Below, piece after piece: positions 1-8,447 of a stretch of 64,000 nucleotides of DNA. Location of the stretch: positions 61,861 through 125,860 of IMG/VR virus record IMGVR_UViG_3300017909_001085; one strand, written 5' to 3'. This DNA is from a virus. Taxonomy: Duplodnaviria > Caudoviricetes. Positions within the stretch are counted from its first letter, which is position 1; every line of letters begins with the position of its first letter. Both the position numbers and the translations under genes were made by a program. A model generated the notes under the pieces. It was given only the letters and a program-made list of their open reading frames with translations, was not told the DNA's origin and made no database searches.

Positions 1-679
1 TGCTTCTCTTTTCTTCTGCATCTACCCACATTTTATAAAAGTGGTTCATACCATTAGGTGTTGATACTACCATAACTTTTGTATTTTTACCAGAAGTGAT
101 AGTAGGATATACTGACCTAAAAAAGTCTTCTGCTAGATTAAATGGAACGAATGCAAATTCATCTAGAAAAACTAAGTTATAAGAACCACCTCTAACTGCA
201 CTAGATGATGTTGATGATGCGATAATTTTACTATCATTCTCTAGTACAATAGAACCTTTGTTCCATTCTTTAATACCTTGTTGCAACCAAGGTGGCAATG
301 CTTCGTAAGACATATGTATTTTTGCAAGCAAGTCTCTAGCAAGTGCGCCTTTGTTTGCAAGAATAGCACAGTTCACTGTAGGGTTGAACAATGCATACCA
401 TAGAATGTATGAACAAACTGTAGTTGACTTACCTGACTGTCTAGGTATTTTACATATAGAAAACCTGTTCTTGTGAAACGTCTTGACCATCTTCTTTTGA
501 AATGGATACATCTCAAATGGCACAAAACCTTCATCAAGATTAATAATCTTAACATACTTTTCGATGAAGTATGATGGGTCTTTAGAACACTTTACATACT
601 CTTCGATTTGCTCTGCAGTGAACTCTTGCTGAACATTAGTCTTTTTAAGATTAGGGTTTCCTAAATAATTATCACTCAT
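1..679 (-). CDS. gp17: Terminase large subunit, N-terminal part (truncated by window edge; not in ORF track)
   Basis: Hand translation from ATG 679 gives MSDNYLGNPNLKK...FSICKIPRQSGKSTT (Walker A), with later RGGSYNLVFLDEFAF (Walker B). Confidence 0.95.
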   Translation of the reverse strand, partial: MSDNYLGNPNLKKTNVQQEFTAEQIEEYVKCSKDPSYFIEKYVKIINLDEGFVPFEMYPFQKKMVKTFHKNRFSICKIPRQSGKSTTVCSYILWYALFNPTVNCAILANKGALARDLLAKIHMSYEALPPWLQQGIKEWNKGSIVLENDSKIIASSTSSSAVRGGSYNLVFLDEFAFVPFNLAEDFFRSVYPTITSGKNTKVMVVSTPNGMNHFYKMWVDAEEKRS

Positions 680-929
680 TTACAATTTTCTGTAATACTA
701 CTTCAAACTGGTCAATCTTTAATGTACGATTAGGCCAGTAGATGTAATCTTTCTCTGGGTTTGCTTTTAAGTTATTAAGTAAAGGTGTTACTGCTTCATG
801 TAACTTTTTTACTTTTGCTTGTAGTTTAGTCACTTCTTCTGATGTAGATGATGCAGTCTGTGCTAGTTGTTGTACTGCTTCTAATTCATTCTCATCAACA
901 GCGGTGAAACCAAAATCAAAATCACTCAT
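672..929 (-). CDS. Conserved hypothetical protein between gp16 and gp17
   Basis: DFDFGFT and YIYWPNR motifs typical of marine T4-like phages; overlaps both neighbours. Confidence 0.7.
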   Translation of the reverse strand: MSDFDFGFTAVDENELEAVQQLAQTASSTSEEVTKLQAKVKKLHEAVTPLLNNLKANPEKDYIYWPNRTLKIDQFEVVLQKIVNE

Positions 930-1347
930 GGTCGATTACCTTTTCTTCTTTCTCACCTTTAATCAACTTTTGTAATTCTGCAGTTGAACCAACGAACAAT
1001 GCGTTTGTTACGTTTTGAGGTGCTTTTTCGTCTACTTTATTTAACTCTTTCATATTCTTCTGCAATCTCATCAAATCTTGAGTTACATCACTAACTGTTT
1101 TAATTAATTGACCTGCTACTTCATATGAACGAGGATTTTCTGCTTCTCTTGCTAATTGAAGAATACCTTCGATTGCTGTATTACCTTTCTCAATAAGCAT
1201 ATGAAAGTTTTGTCTAGCAATCTCATAGTCTGCATCTGCATCTGCTTTGTTAGGGTCAGGTGCTGGTAAATGGTCAGATGGTGTTACTGAAGTAGGCAAC
1301 TGTTCTGCTATATCAAACACTCGATTTAATTTATCATCTATACCCAT
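922..1347 (-). CDS. gp16: Terminase small subunit
   Basis: DYEIARQN, PRSYEVAGQLIK and NALFVGSTAELQK motifs; synteny. Confidence 0.92.
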   Translation of the reverse strand: MGIDDKLNRVFDIAEQLPTSVTPSDHLPAPDPNKADADADYEIARQNFHMLIEKGNTAIEGILQLAREAENPRSYEVAGQLIKTVSDVTQDLMRLQKNMKELNKVDEKAPQNVTNALFVGSTAELQKLIKGEKEEKVIDHE

Positions 1348-1354
1348 ATCACAC

Positions 1355-1726
1355 CTACAATTGTGTGAAACCGCTTACCTTTTTCAAAGTAATCGTCACA
1401 GTTCCATCTTCAATGAACACTCGTAAATCTTTGTCTGGTTCTGCAGATAAACCAAGTTGTCCTGTATTAATAATTGAACCTACTCCTGCACCAGTAAAAG
1501 TAAACACTGGTGTTAGATTTGGTTCAGTTACACGAAAAATTTGTAAATCGCCTACATTATTATCATAATCAATTTGCAGAATGATACACTCAACATTTGT
1601 TGCAGTTTCATCTCTACCAAGTGTATCTACATCTATATCAAAGTCAATCGAACCTGGAGTAAAATCTCCTGATACTGCGAATGTTGCTCTTGTGTCTGTT
1701 GTGTTTAGAATTGTTTTAGTTGCCAT
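1355..1726 (-). CDS. Hypothetical protein, probably structural
   Basis: 123 aa ORF within the late operon. Confidence 0.6.
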   Translation of the reverse strand: MATKTILNTTDTRATFAVSGDFTPGSIDFDIDVDTLGRDETATNVECIILQIDYDNNVGDLQIFRVTEPNLTPVFTFTGAGVGSIINTGQLGLSAEPDKDLRVFIEDGTVTITLKKVSGFTQL

Positions 1727-2508
1727 TATGTATTCCCCGGAAAGTCAGTCCACACTTCTGTGAATCCAAAATCATCATTTGCATCTGCTGAAGTAGGATC
1801 AGGTGTAGTTGTTAATCTTGATGTAGGTCCTGTTGATGTACCAATTGTCAATGCATTATTTTCTAAGAATGCATCTGCTTGCACCGTCTTGATAATACCT
1901 TGCTCCTTCACTGGTCCATAAAAATTCATTTTAACTGTAAACGTCATAGTATATATGATACTTCTACGAGTGGCAAAATCACCCTCATAATCATCCTCAT
2001 ATGTTAGACCTTCTAATATCAGAGGAAAGTCATCTTTGATACCCATCTCTGGAACTGCGTTTATAGTTAGTGTATATGCTGGTGTAAAAAACGGCAATAT
2101 TTGTTCAACTATTTGTAGTGCATCTTCTTGATTTTTCGCCATGATAAAAAGACTAAAATTGAGATTATATGGTACAGATTGAAATTGTCTTTTAATTTCT
2201 GTGCTTGTAGCACCAACAGTCTTACGCACATTCATCTTATTGACTTTACGCTGACCATCATACTGAAATCCAGATATCTCAAAACCCATTCTTGGTAGAG
2301 TGAGTTGATTTATATTTGTAAGATTAGGGTTCTCATAAAGTCTAGCAAGAAACTTTTGCTTAGGACCATACGCAAGAGGTACTTTCAAAGATTGTATTGC
2401 TGTACCTGTACCATCTTTTCTTCTTACATGAATATCGTTAAAAACGCTACCAAACGCAATAACACTTCTTCTAATTGTTTCGTGATAAAAGTGATTTTGT
2501 CCTAACAT
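1726..2508 (-). CDS. gp15: Tail sheath stabiliser / tail terminator
   Basis: FYHETIRR..FG, VPLAYGPKQKFL and LPRMGFE motifs. Confidence 0.93.
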   Translation of the reverse strand: MLGQNHFYHETIRRSVIAFGSVFNDIHVRRKDGTGTAIQSLKVPLAYGPKQKFLARLYENPNLTNINQLTLPRMGFEISGFQYDGQRKVNKMNVRKTVGATSTEIKRQFQSVPYNLNFSLFIMAKNQEDALQIVEQILPFFTPAYTLTINAVPEMGIKDDFPLILEGLTYEDDYEGDFATRRSIIYTMTFTVKMNFYGPVKEQGIIKTVQADAFLENNALTIGTSTGPTSRLTTTPDPTSADANDDFGFTEVWTDFPGNT

Positions 2509-3290
2509 TATCTCTGTACCTCACCAAATGGATTGCCTTCACTGAAATCTATAATATCATCAGCATTTAGACCAAAGTCAAAGTTTCTCGCAAGAGGTTC
2601 TGCGCTTTGTGTAATAGTTGTTGGAGTTGTAGTTGTTGATAACTTATAGTCTTCTTTGATTAGTTTGAATCCGTTTTCAAGCAATAATGAACCTGAATTA
2701 TCTTCAAGTGTGAGTTCATAGTTAAACATATCTGTTGAACGTGAAGTTTCAAGTGCATCAACTGCAGTAATACCTGTACTGAGTTTTTCTTGACTGTATA
2801 CAAATCTTTCAACATCTAATCTATATGTGTATATGTTGTTTGCTTGATAGAATATATTTTCATGCTCAACAAACGTAATTTCGAATAAACCTTTTGTTAG
2901 AGGAAAGTAAATTAAATCACCTTCGTTTGGTCTACCTTCAACAATCAATGATGCGTTATCATCAACTGCAGACGACCAACGAGATTTTACTACAACAAAA
3001 CTTGCTCTGTCTCGTATCTCAACACCAAACTTAGATAAGAAATCACCCTCACCCTCAAAACCATCTACGCTTTGAAGATACATCTCAATAGAATGTGATG
3101 AGGTGAACTTAGACAATTCATCTTCTTCAAAGATTTTGTCTACGTTTACAAGAGTTCTAGGAATATAGAAAACATCAAATCCATAAATCTTAATCGCTTC
3201 TGTATAAAGATTTTCGATTAGTTGTTGTTCTAAACTAAAACCTGTACTATCTAATCCACCGCCTTGGTCGAAAAAAGGGTTAAGTGCCAT
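2508..3290 (-). CDS. gp14: Neck protein
   Basis: EAIKIYG.DV.YIPR, FLSKFG and RPNEGDLIYFP motifs. Confidence 0.93.
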   Translation of the reverse strand: MALNPFFDQGGGLDSTGFSLEQQLIENLYTEAIKIYGFDVFYIPRTLVNVDKIFEEDELSKFTSSHSIEMYLQSVDGFEGEGDFLSKFGVEIRDRASFVVVKSRWSSAVDDNASLIVEGRPNEGDLIYFPLTKGLFEITFVEHENIFYQANNIYTYRLDVERFVYSQEKLSTGITAVDALETSRSTDMFNYELTLEDNSGSLLLENGFKLIKEDYKLSTTTTPTTITQSAEPLARNFDFGLNADDIIDFSEGNPFGEVQR

Positions 3291-3294
3291 GTAA

Positions 3295-4239
3295 TCATCC
3301 TACCATCATGTTTACTGGTAATTCATATCTCAAAGACATCTCTTCTTCAATCTTTTGTATTTCTTCTCTTGCTTCTTGTAAAATTCTAGGTCCGTCAAGT
3401 GTAACACCACCAGGCATTTGTACTCCAGCAAATTTGCTCAAGTTTTGTCCCCATTGTTCTTTAAGTAAAGCAGTTAGATATCTTTTTAGAAACATGTCGT
3501 TGTACACATCAGCATATGTGCTAGGGTCTAGAATACGATACACTTCAAATACAAGATATTCATCTGCTTGTATATCTTCATTCCAGTCCATATCGATGTG
3601 AATTCTATCTGAGTGACGATTAAACCTAATAGGTTTTTCTCCAACCAACATCTCTTCAATTAACGATAAGTGTTTTTGAACCATGCCATAATACATAACT
3701 GAAGTATTTGCTAAATCAAATATTTCATTCAGTCTCAACTGATAACGAACATCAAACATATCTAAGTTTGTTCTATTAGAAAATGGGAATACTTGCACAA
3801 CACCTATAATATTGTCAGTGATAGTAACGTAACCATTTTTAATATCTCCTGCTGAGATTGCTGATACTGTTTGTGATGCAGAACTTGCGGAACCTGTGAT
3901 TGTTTCATTTGCTTGAAAATCACCTAGTTCATTAAATACACGAATAGTTGTTGATGTTGGAGCGTCAAAAATCTTTGCAGTAGCACTAGAAGTGCCACCG
4001 GTAATCTTCTCACCAACTGTAAATTGTGAGGAGTTTGAAACTGTTAATGTTGTCGCAGTTACTTTGTGCTTGAGATATGTTTTCTCTACACCGTCAAAAT
4101 GATATTCTTGAAAGAACTGTAATGCTTCGTCAGTTCTATCGTCAATCTGGTCAGTTGATACGTTAATATCAATAACACCTTTACCTAGACGACGGAGAGC
4201 ATACTCTTGTAACGTGCTTCTGCTTGTTGGGTTCGCCAT
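3295..4239 (-). CDS. gp13: Neck protein
   Basis: YALRRLG..VIDINV and QWGQNLSKF.GVQMPGGVTLDG motifs. Confidence 0.93.
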   Translation of the reverse strand: MANPTSRSTLQEYALRRLGKGVIDINVSTDQIDDRTDEALQFFQEYHFDGVEKTYLKHKVTATTLTVSNSSQFTVGEKITGGTSSATAKIFDAPTSTTIRVFNELGDFQANETITGSASSASQTVSAISAGDIKNGYVTITDNIIGVVQVFPFSNRTNLDMFDVRYQLRLNEIFDLANTSVMYYGMVQKHLSLIEEMLVGEKPIRFNRHSDRIHIDMDWNEDIQADEYLVFEVYRILDPSTYADVYNDMFLKRYLTALLKEQWGQNLSKFAGVQMPGGVTLDGPRILQEAREEIQKIEEEMSLRYELPVNMMVG

Positions 4240-4267
4240 AAAAAATCTCCAAGGTATCTGTTATTAG

Positions 4268-4275
4268 TATTTATA
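4268..4275 (-). promoter_or_regulatory. T4-type late promoter TATAAATA upstream of gp13
   Basis: Exact gp55 consensus on the minus strand. Confidence 0.85.
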
Positions 4276-4316
4276 CCTTGGAGAAAATAGAGTTTGAAAT
4301 TATGACTTTTTTATTG

Positions 4317-4712
4317 TTATGCTAGAACACACTCCACTTCGCCATGCTGTGCGGAGTTTGTGGTCAGTGCCAATGCTTTTACATTTTCAAATGCGGCGGC
4401 GTTATCTGTAACTAGCATTCCTTTATATGATGATAGTACTAGAGTATCACCTTTTGCTACAGTTCCTCTAACTTTTACGATGCATCTACCAGACAAAGCA
4501 ACATATGGATTATTAGTTCTATCTAAAGAATAGATAACACCAATTGCTTTATTGTCTGTTGAACCTGTTGTAACTTCAATTTCATAAGAACCTGTAGTTG
4601 CGGCACGAACAAAAGTACCAACAGATAAGAGATTGTTAGGGTCGACAGTAAATCGTTCTGAAAAGTCTGATACTTCTCTTTGTAGGATTAGTCTTCCGTT
4701 TTTAATTGGCAT
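4317..4712 (-). CDS. Stand-alone peptidase G2/IMC-like (tail-fibre chaperone-like) domain protein
   Basis: SDFSE...VALSGRCIVKVRGTVAKGDTLV...GEVECV pattern. Confidence 0.5.
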   Translation of the reverse strand: MPIKNGRLILQREVSDFSERFTVDPNNLLSVGTFVRAATTGSYEIEVTTGSTDNKAIGVIYSLDRTNNPYVALSGRCIVKVRGTVAKGDTLVLSSYKGMLVTDNAAAFENVKALALTTNSAQHGEVECVLA

Positions 4713-4726
4713 ATTCTAATCCTCCC

Positions 4727-5617
4727 TTACCCTGTGCTTTCTTCTGATGAAGTATCTGTTGAAGAACTCTCTTCTGCTTCTGCGGCGGCATCAAGTTCTG
4801 CTTGCTTTGCATCGACATCTGATAGATAGACTTTGTGGTCCAGAGTGTCTTCAACTGTATTACCTCTAGCATCCATCACTTTAGAAATTCTTTCTTCAAG
4901 TGAAAGTTTTGTAGACAATGGTAATGCATCTGCCGCTTCAAGATGTGGTGAGAATGCAATTTTCTTTGCTTGCTCTTCGTCAATATCTCTAAGAATATCT
5001 TCTGGAGAATTAGGATAAATTCTCATATATTCTTCTGATTGTACCATCCAATGTTTGTTTTCAGGTTTAGGGAAACGCTTCTTAACAGCAAGTCTTCTTG
5101 CTTGCAACGCATCAACACCTTCTCTATTACCTTCGATAATATACTCCCACAATGCTCTAGTCATTGCATCTTCTCTTGGATAGTTTGCCGCTCTCAAATC
5201 TAGATATGATTGCTGGTCAAGAATATCTTGAACATAAGGGCGCAACTTTTTTAATTCTGCGAATGTTGGTTTAGGTAGTGGATTATCTTCATCCCATTCT
5301 AGTGCTTCAACAGCACCAGGATGTAGTCCACTTGCCGCTACTTCCCATTCTGCTCCTGGTACTGTATTAAGTGACCATTCGCAAGTTGGATAAAGAATAC
5401 CCAAAATAACTGAGAGATTATCTGCTCTACGAATTCTAGAATGATACTCTGTAAGAATTGCTTGTTCTTCATCAGTTGCAACCAATCCCAAAGCACCTTT
5501 TTCCATAATCGCTTCGATTTCATCTCTAGTAGGAGGACCTTTTCTAATCAGTTCGTCTACTGATTGCGGTCCAGCAGTTTTTTTAACTGCGGTTACTAAA
5601 TCGTCTGCCATTTTCAA
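4727..5617 (-). CDS. Tail fibre assembly chaperone-like protein
   Basis: LEW..DNPLPKPT..EL, LRAANYP and AVKKRFPKP motifs of marine phage fibre chaperones; two tandem TATAAATA upstream (5650-5657, 5660-5667). Confidence 0.55.
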   Translation of the reverse strand: MKMADDLVTAVKKTAGPQSVDELIRKGPPTRDEIEAIMEKGALGLVATDEEQAILTEYHSRIRRADNLSVILGILYPTCEWSLNTVPGAEWEVAASGLHPGAVEALEWDEDNPLPKPTFAELKKLRPYVQDILDQQSYLDLRAANYPREDAMTRALWEYIIEGNREGVDALQARRLAVKKRFPKPENKHWMVQSEEYMRIYPNSPEDILRDIDEEQAKKIAFSPHLEAADALPLSTKLSLEERISKVMDARGNTVEDTLDHKVYLSDVDAKQAELDAAAEAEESSSTDTSSEESTG

Positions 5618-5668
5618 ACTCCTGTTAAAATTCTGTTAGATAACATCTATATTTATATCTATTTATAA

Positions 5669-6235
5669 TTAAACACCATCAAACTCTACTGAACCTGATT
5701 GTACTCCATATTCTGATAAAGCAATTTCTTTACAAATCATGTAAAAATCATTTACTACAAAATCTCTATCATTGTTGTCGTTCTTAACTCTTACATCAAA
5801 TGTTACTTTATTTGTTGATTGAGGTATAAAAGCATGATTGAGACCAACTGCACTTCTCATGTTTCTAGAGTGACCCAATCTTCTTGTCGGTGCAAGTCTG
5901 TCGTTTCTACCACCAGTATGTGAATATTCATTACCATATGGATGTAATCCGTTATATCCAGATTGTACATATTCTAGAATTCCGTTTGCATATAATGCCG
6001 CAGAGTATCTATCACTTGAGTTATCTGTACTACTACTGTCGCCTATTGTAAAGGATGCATTTGTTTCTAGAACACTATTTGGATATTGAGGAGTGATATC
6101 TAAAGTCTTATTACCAACAATAGCATATGAATTTGAAGTTGAACTATGAGTCCACGCACCTTCATTCTCAACAAATTTATATTGAATTAAAAGTGAACCT
6201 TTTACCGCTCTTTTTGTAATTTTTTGTAACGCCAT
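5669..6235 (-). CDS. Tail-fibre/receptor-binding beta-sandwich paralogue 5 of 5
   Basis: MAL.K.TK start, ITPQY, P.STN and KEIA pattern shared with four neighbours. Confidence 0.6.
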   Translation of the reverse strand: MALQKITKRAVKGSLLIQYKFVENEGAWTHSSTSNSYAIVGNKTLDITPQYPNSVLETNASFTIGDSSSTDNSSDRYSAALYANGILEYVQSGYNGLHPYGNEYSHTGGRNDRLAPTRRLGHSRNMRSAVGLNHAFIPQSTNKVTFDVRVKNDNNDRDFVVNDFYMICKEIALSEYGVQSGSVEFDGV

Positions 6236-6259
6236 GATAACCCTCGTAGAAAACTTATT

Positions 6260-6802
6260 CTACTGGCCACCAGAAGATGCTAAACCAATAGAAATTTCCT
6301 TTGCTAAGAAGAAGAAATCACGAATTCGAATATTTCTTGTTGTACTGTTCTTCACACGAACATCCATATCTAATTGATTTGTAGATGCTGGTGTATATGC
6401 ATGACTAAGACCCATAGCGGCAGTGAAATTTCTAACATGACCATGTCTTCTTGTTGGTGCTGTTCTATCGTTTCTACCACCTGTGTGTGAATGTTGGTTT
6501 CCGTATGGACCTACACCACGAACATCTGACTGTTCGTACTCATTTGTCCCATTAACAAATAATGCCGCAGAAAATACATCACCAATATTATCAGAATTAC
6601 TAATATCTCTAGATGTCATACTTGCTTGGTTCTCAATAATCGAATCCGCATATTGAGGTGTCATAAGAATATTCTTGCCGTTAATTTCTGTATATGTAGT
6701 TTGTGATGTAGTTAAATCAAAGTCTCCAGCATTTTCAGTATACTTAAACTGGACTAAGAGTGATCCATGTACAATGTGTTTTGTTACTCTAGTTAGTGCC
6801 AT
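6260..6802 (-). CDS. Tail-fibre/receptor-binding paralogue 4 of 5
   Basis: Same family; shares the SHTGGRNDR.APTRR loop with 5669-6235. Confidence 0.6.
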   Translation of the reverse strand: MALTRVTKHIVHGSLLVQFKYTENAGDFDLTTSQTTYTEINGKNILMTPQYADSIIENQASMTSRDISNSDNIGDVFSAALFVNGTNEYEQSDVRGVGPYGNQHSHTGGRNDRTAPTRRHGHVRNFTAAMGLSHAYTPASTNQLDMDVRVKNSTTRNIRIRDFFFLAKEISIGLASSGGQ

Positions 6803-6814
6803 TTTTTTCCTCTC

Positions 6815-7345
6815 TTATGTCAAGTTATAATGGTCGCCAGCAATTTCGCTGAGAGTTAAAAATCCTTCAGCAAAAGTGATAGACGGACCATCGTTTTCAA
6901 CCGCTACATAAACTCCGACTGCTTGTGCATTTGTTGTTCCCGGAGCATGAAGATGGTTCATATAAATCGCTGAACTAAACCCATAGTGTCTCCAGTTTTG
7001 TCTACCATTGTTTTCACCAAACTGTTGATTTTGATGATTATGACCACCACTTCTGTTCGGGTTGTTACCAATAATACCTCTATAGAAATATTCATCGCTA
7101 CCATTCACAACAAATTTTGCGGCGCCTGCGTGATAACCATTGGTGATGCCAGTTGCAGTTTGATATGCTGAACCAGTACATACTATTTCTAGATGACTAT
7201 CAGTATACTGTGGTGTCATCGTCACATCTGAACCCCACTGACCATAAGTCGATGATGTTTGCGACTTATCCGCCATATCTGCTCCGTAGTGTGCTACAAG
7301 AACGGATCCATACACAATATGTTTTGTTACTTTAGTTAGTGCCAT
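6815..7345 (-). CDS. Tail-fibre/receptor-binding paralogue 3 of 5
   Basis: Same family; HNHQNQQFGENNGRQN loop. Confidence 0.6.
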   Translation of the reverse strand: MALTKVTKHIVYGSVLVAHYGADMADKSQTSSTYGQWGSDVTMTPQYTDSHLEIVCTGSAYQTATGITNGYHAGAAKFVVNGSDEYFYRGIIGNNPNRSGGHNHQNQQFGENNGRQNWRHYGFSSAIYMNHLHAPGTTNAQAVGVYVAVENDGPSITFAEGFLTLSEIAGDHYNLT

Positions 7346-7372
7346 TTCTAAAACCCTTTTTCTATATCCTAT

Positions 7373-7894
7373 TTATGTAAGATTATATCCTTCACCTGCG
7401 AGTTCAGTTAAAGTGATGAATCCTTCTGCAAATTCTACTGTAATACCATTTGAAGTTGCAACTTCACACTGTACAGTCTGTCTATTCAATCCTGGTCGAT
7501 GCATATGGTTCATGTAAATTGTTGATCCTTGACCGTATATCCGAAAGTTTTGTCGACCATTGTTTTCACCAAACTGTTGATTTTGATGACTATGACTTCC
7601 ACTTCTCTGTTGATAACCCCCTATTACATCATTCATTATATATTCTTCTTGTCCGTTTATATTAAATCTTACTTTACCATAACCAGTTCCTGCTGGCATA
7701 TTTGCAGTTATTCTAGCACTACCAGTTAGCATTATCTCTAAATAACTATCATCAAACTGAATATCAATGTCATGAGCATTTCCCCATGATACAAAACTTG
7801 AACTTGAAGTATTTACATCTGTTAAGTCTGCTCCATAATGTGCAACTAACACTGCTCCATATACAACGGTTTTCTTCACCTTTTTCAGTGCCAT
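7373..7894 (-). CDS. Tail-fibre/receptor-binding paralogue 2 of 5
   Basis: Same family; HSHQNQQFGENNGRQN loop. Confidence 0.6.
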   Translation of the reverse strand: MALKKVKKTVVYGAVLVAHYGADLTDVNTSSSSFVSWGNAHDIDIQFDDSYLEIMLTGSARITANMPAGTGYGKVRFNINGQEEYIMNDVIGGYQQRSGSHSHQNQQFGENNGRQNFRIYGQGSTIYMNHMHRPGLNRQTVQCEVATSNGITVEFAEGFITLTELAGEGYNLT

Positions 7895-7907
7895 GTTTTA
7901 TACTCTC

Positions 7908-8435
7908 TTAGTTCACATAATTATTACTTGGTGTACCAAGTGTGATACCACCAGCGACTTCTTTCACCATCAAAAATCCACCTCTACATTCTAAGTTTCC
8001 GCCAGCATTATTATTAGTTCTATTACATTGAATAGTAGCAGTTTGTAAGTTTGTAGTTCCAGGTAGATGTCTATGATACAAGTTTATAGATTTACCTTCT
8101 CTACGACCAGCGGCACTGGAATATGACCTATCAAATACTGAAACGGATGCGGCATCATTTACCGTATATTCTGTACTTCCATTAATATCTAAATACAGAT
8201 TTACTCGAGGACTATCATATACACCCTGGTTAGGTGCAGAACTATCTGACTGATGTGACATAGTTCCACTGCAACGACATTCCATAATTGAATCCGCATA
8301 TTCTGGTGTCATGGTAATGTTGTCCCATGCTACAGCAGTTGTGCTTGTTGTGTCTAAGTTCGACATATCTTTATAACGAACTTGAACGATAGTTGCTCCA
8401 TATACAATGTGTTTTGTTAATTTTGTTAATGCCAT
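7908..8435 (-). CDS. Tail-fibre/receptor-binding paralogue 1 of 5
   Basis: Same family (MALTKLTKHIVYG, MTPEY, PGTTN, KEVA) with a different loop. Confidence 0.6.
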   Translation of the reverse strand: MALTKLTKHIVYGATIVQVRYKDMSNLDTTSTTAVAWDNITMTPEYADSIMECRCSGTMSHQSDSSAPNQGVYDSPRVNLYLDINGSTEYTVNDAASVSVFDRSYSSAAGRREGKSINLYHRHLPGTTNLQTATIQCNRTNNNAGGNLECRGGFLMVKEVAGGITLGTPSNNYVN

Positions 8436-8447
8436 TTTCCTCTACCC

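Noticed and set aside
373-555. 60-aa ORF in the track
   Set aside because: Out-of-frame shadow inside gp17, which is the real gene there
5669-8435. Diversity-generating retroelement or invertible shufflon as the explanation for the paralogue array
   Set aside because: No reverse transcriptase or recombinase in the window, no adenine-specific mismatch pattern, and all copies are complete genes in the same orientation
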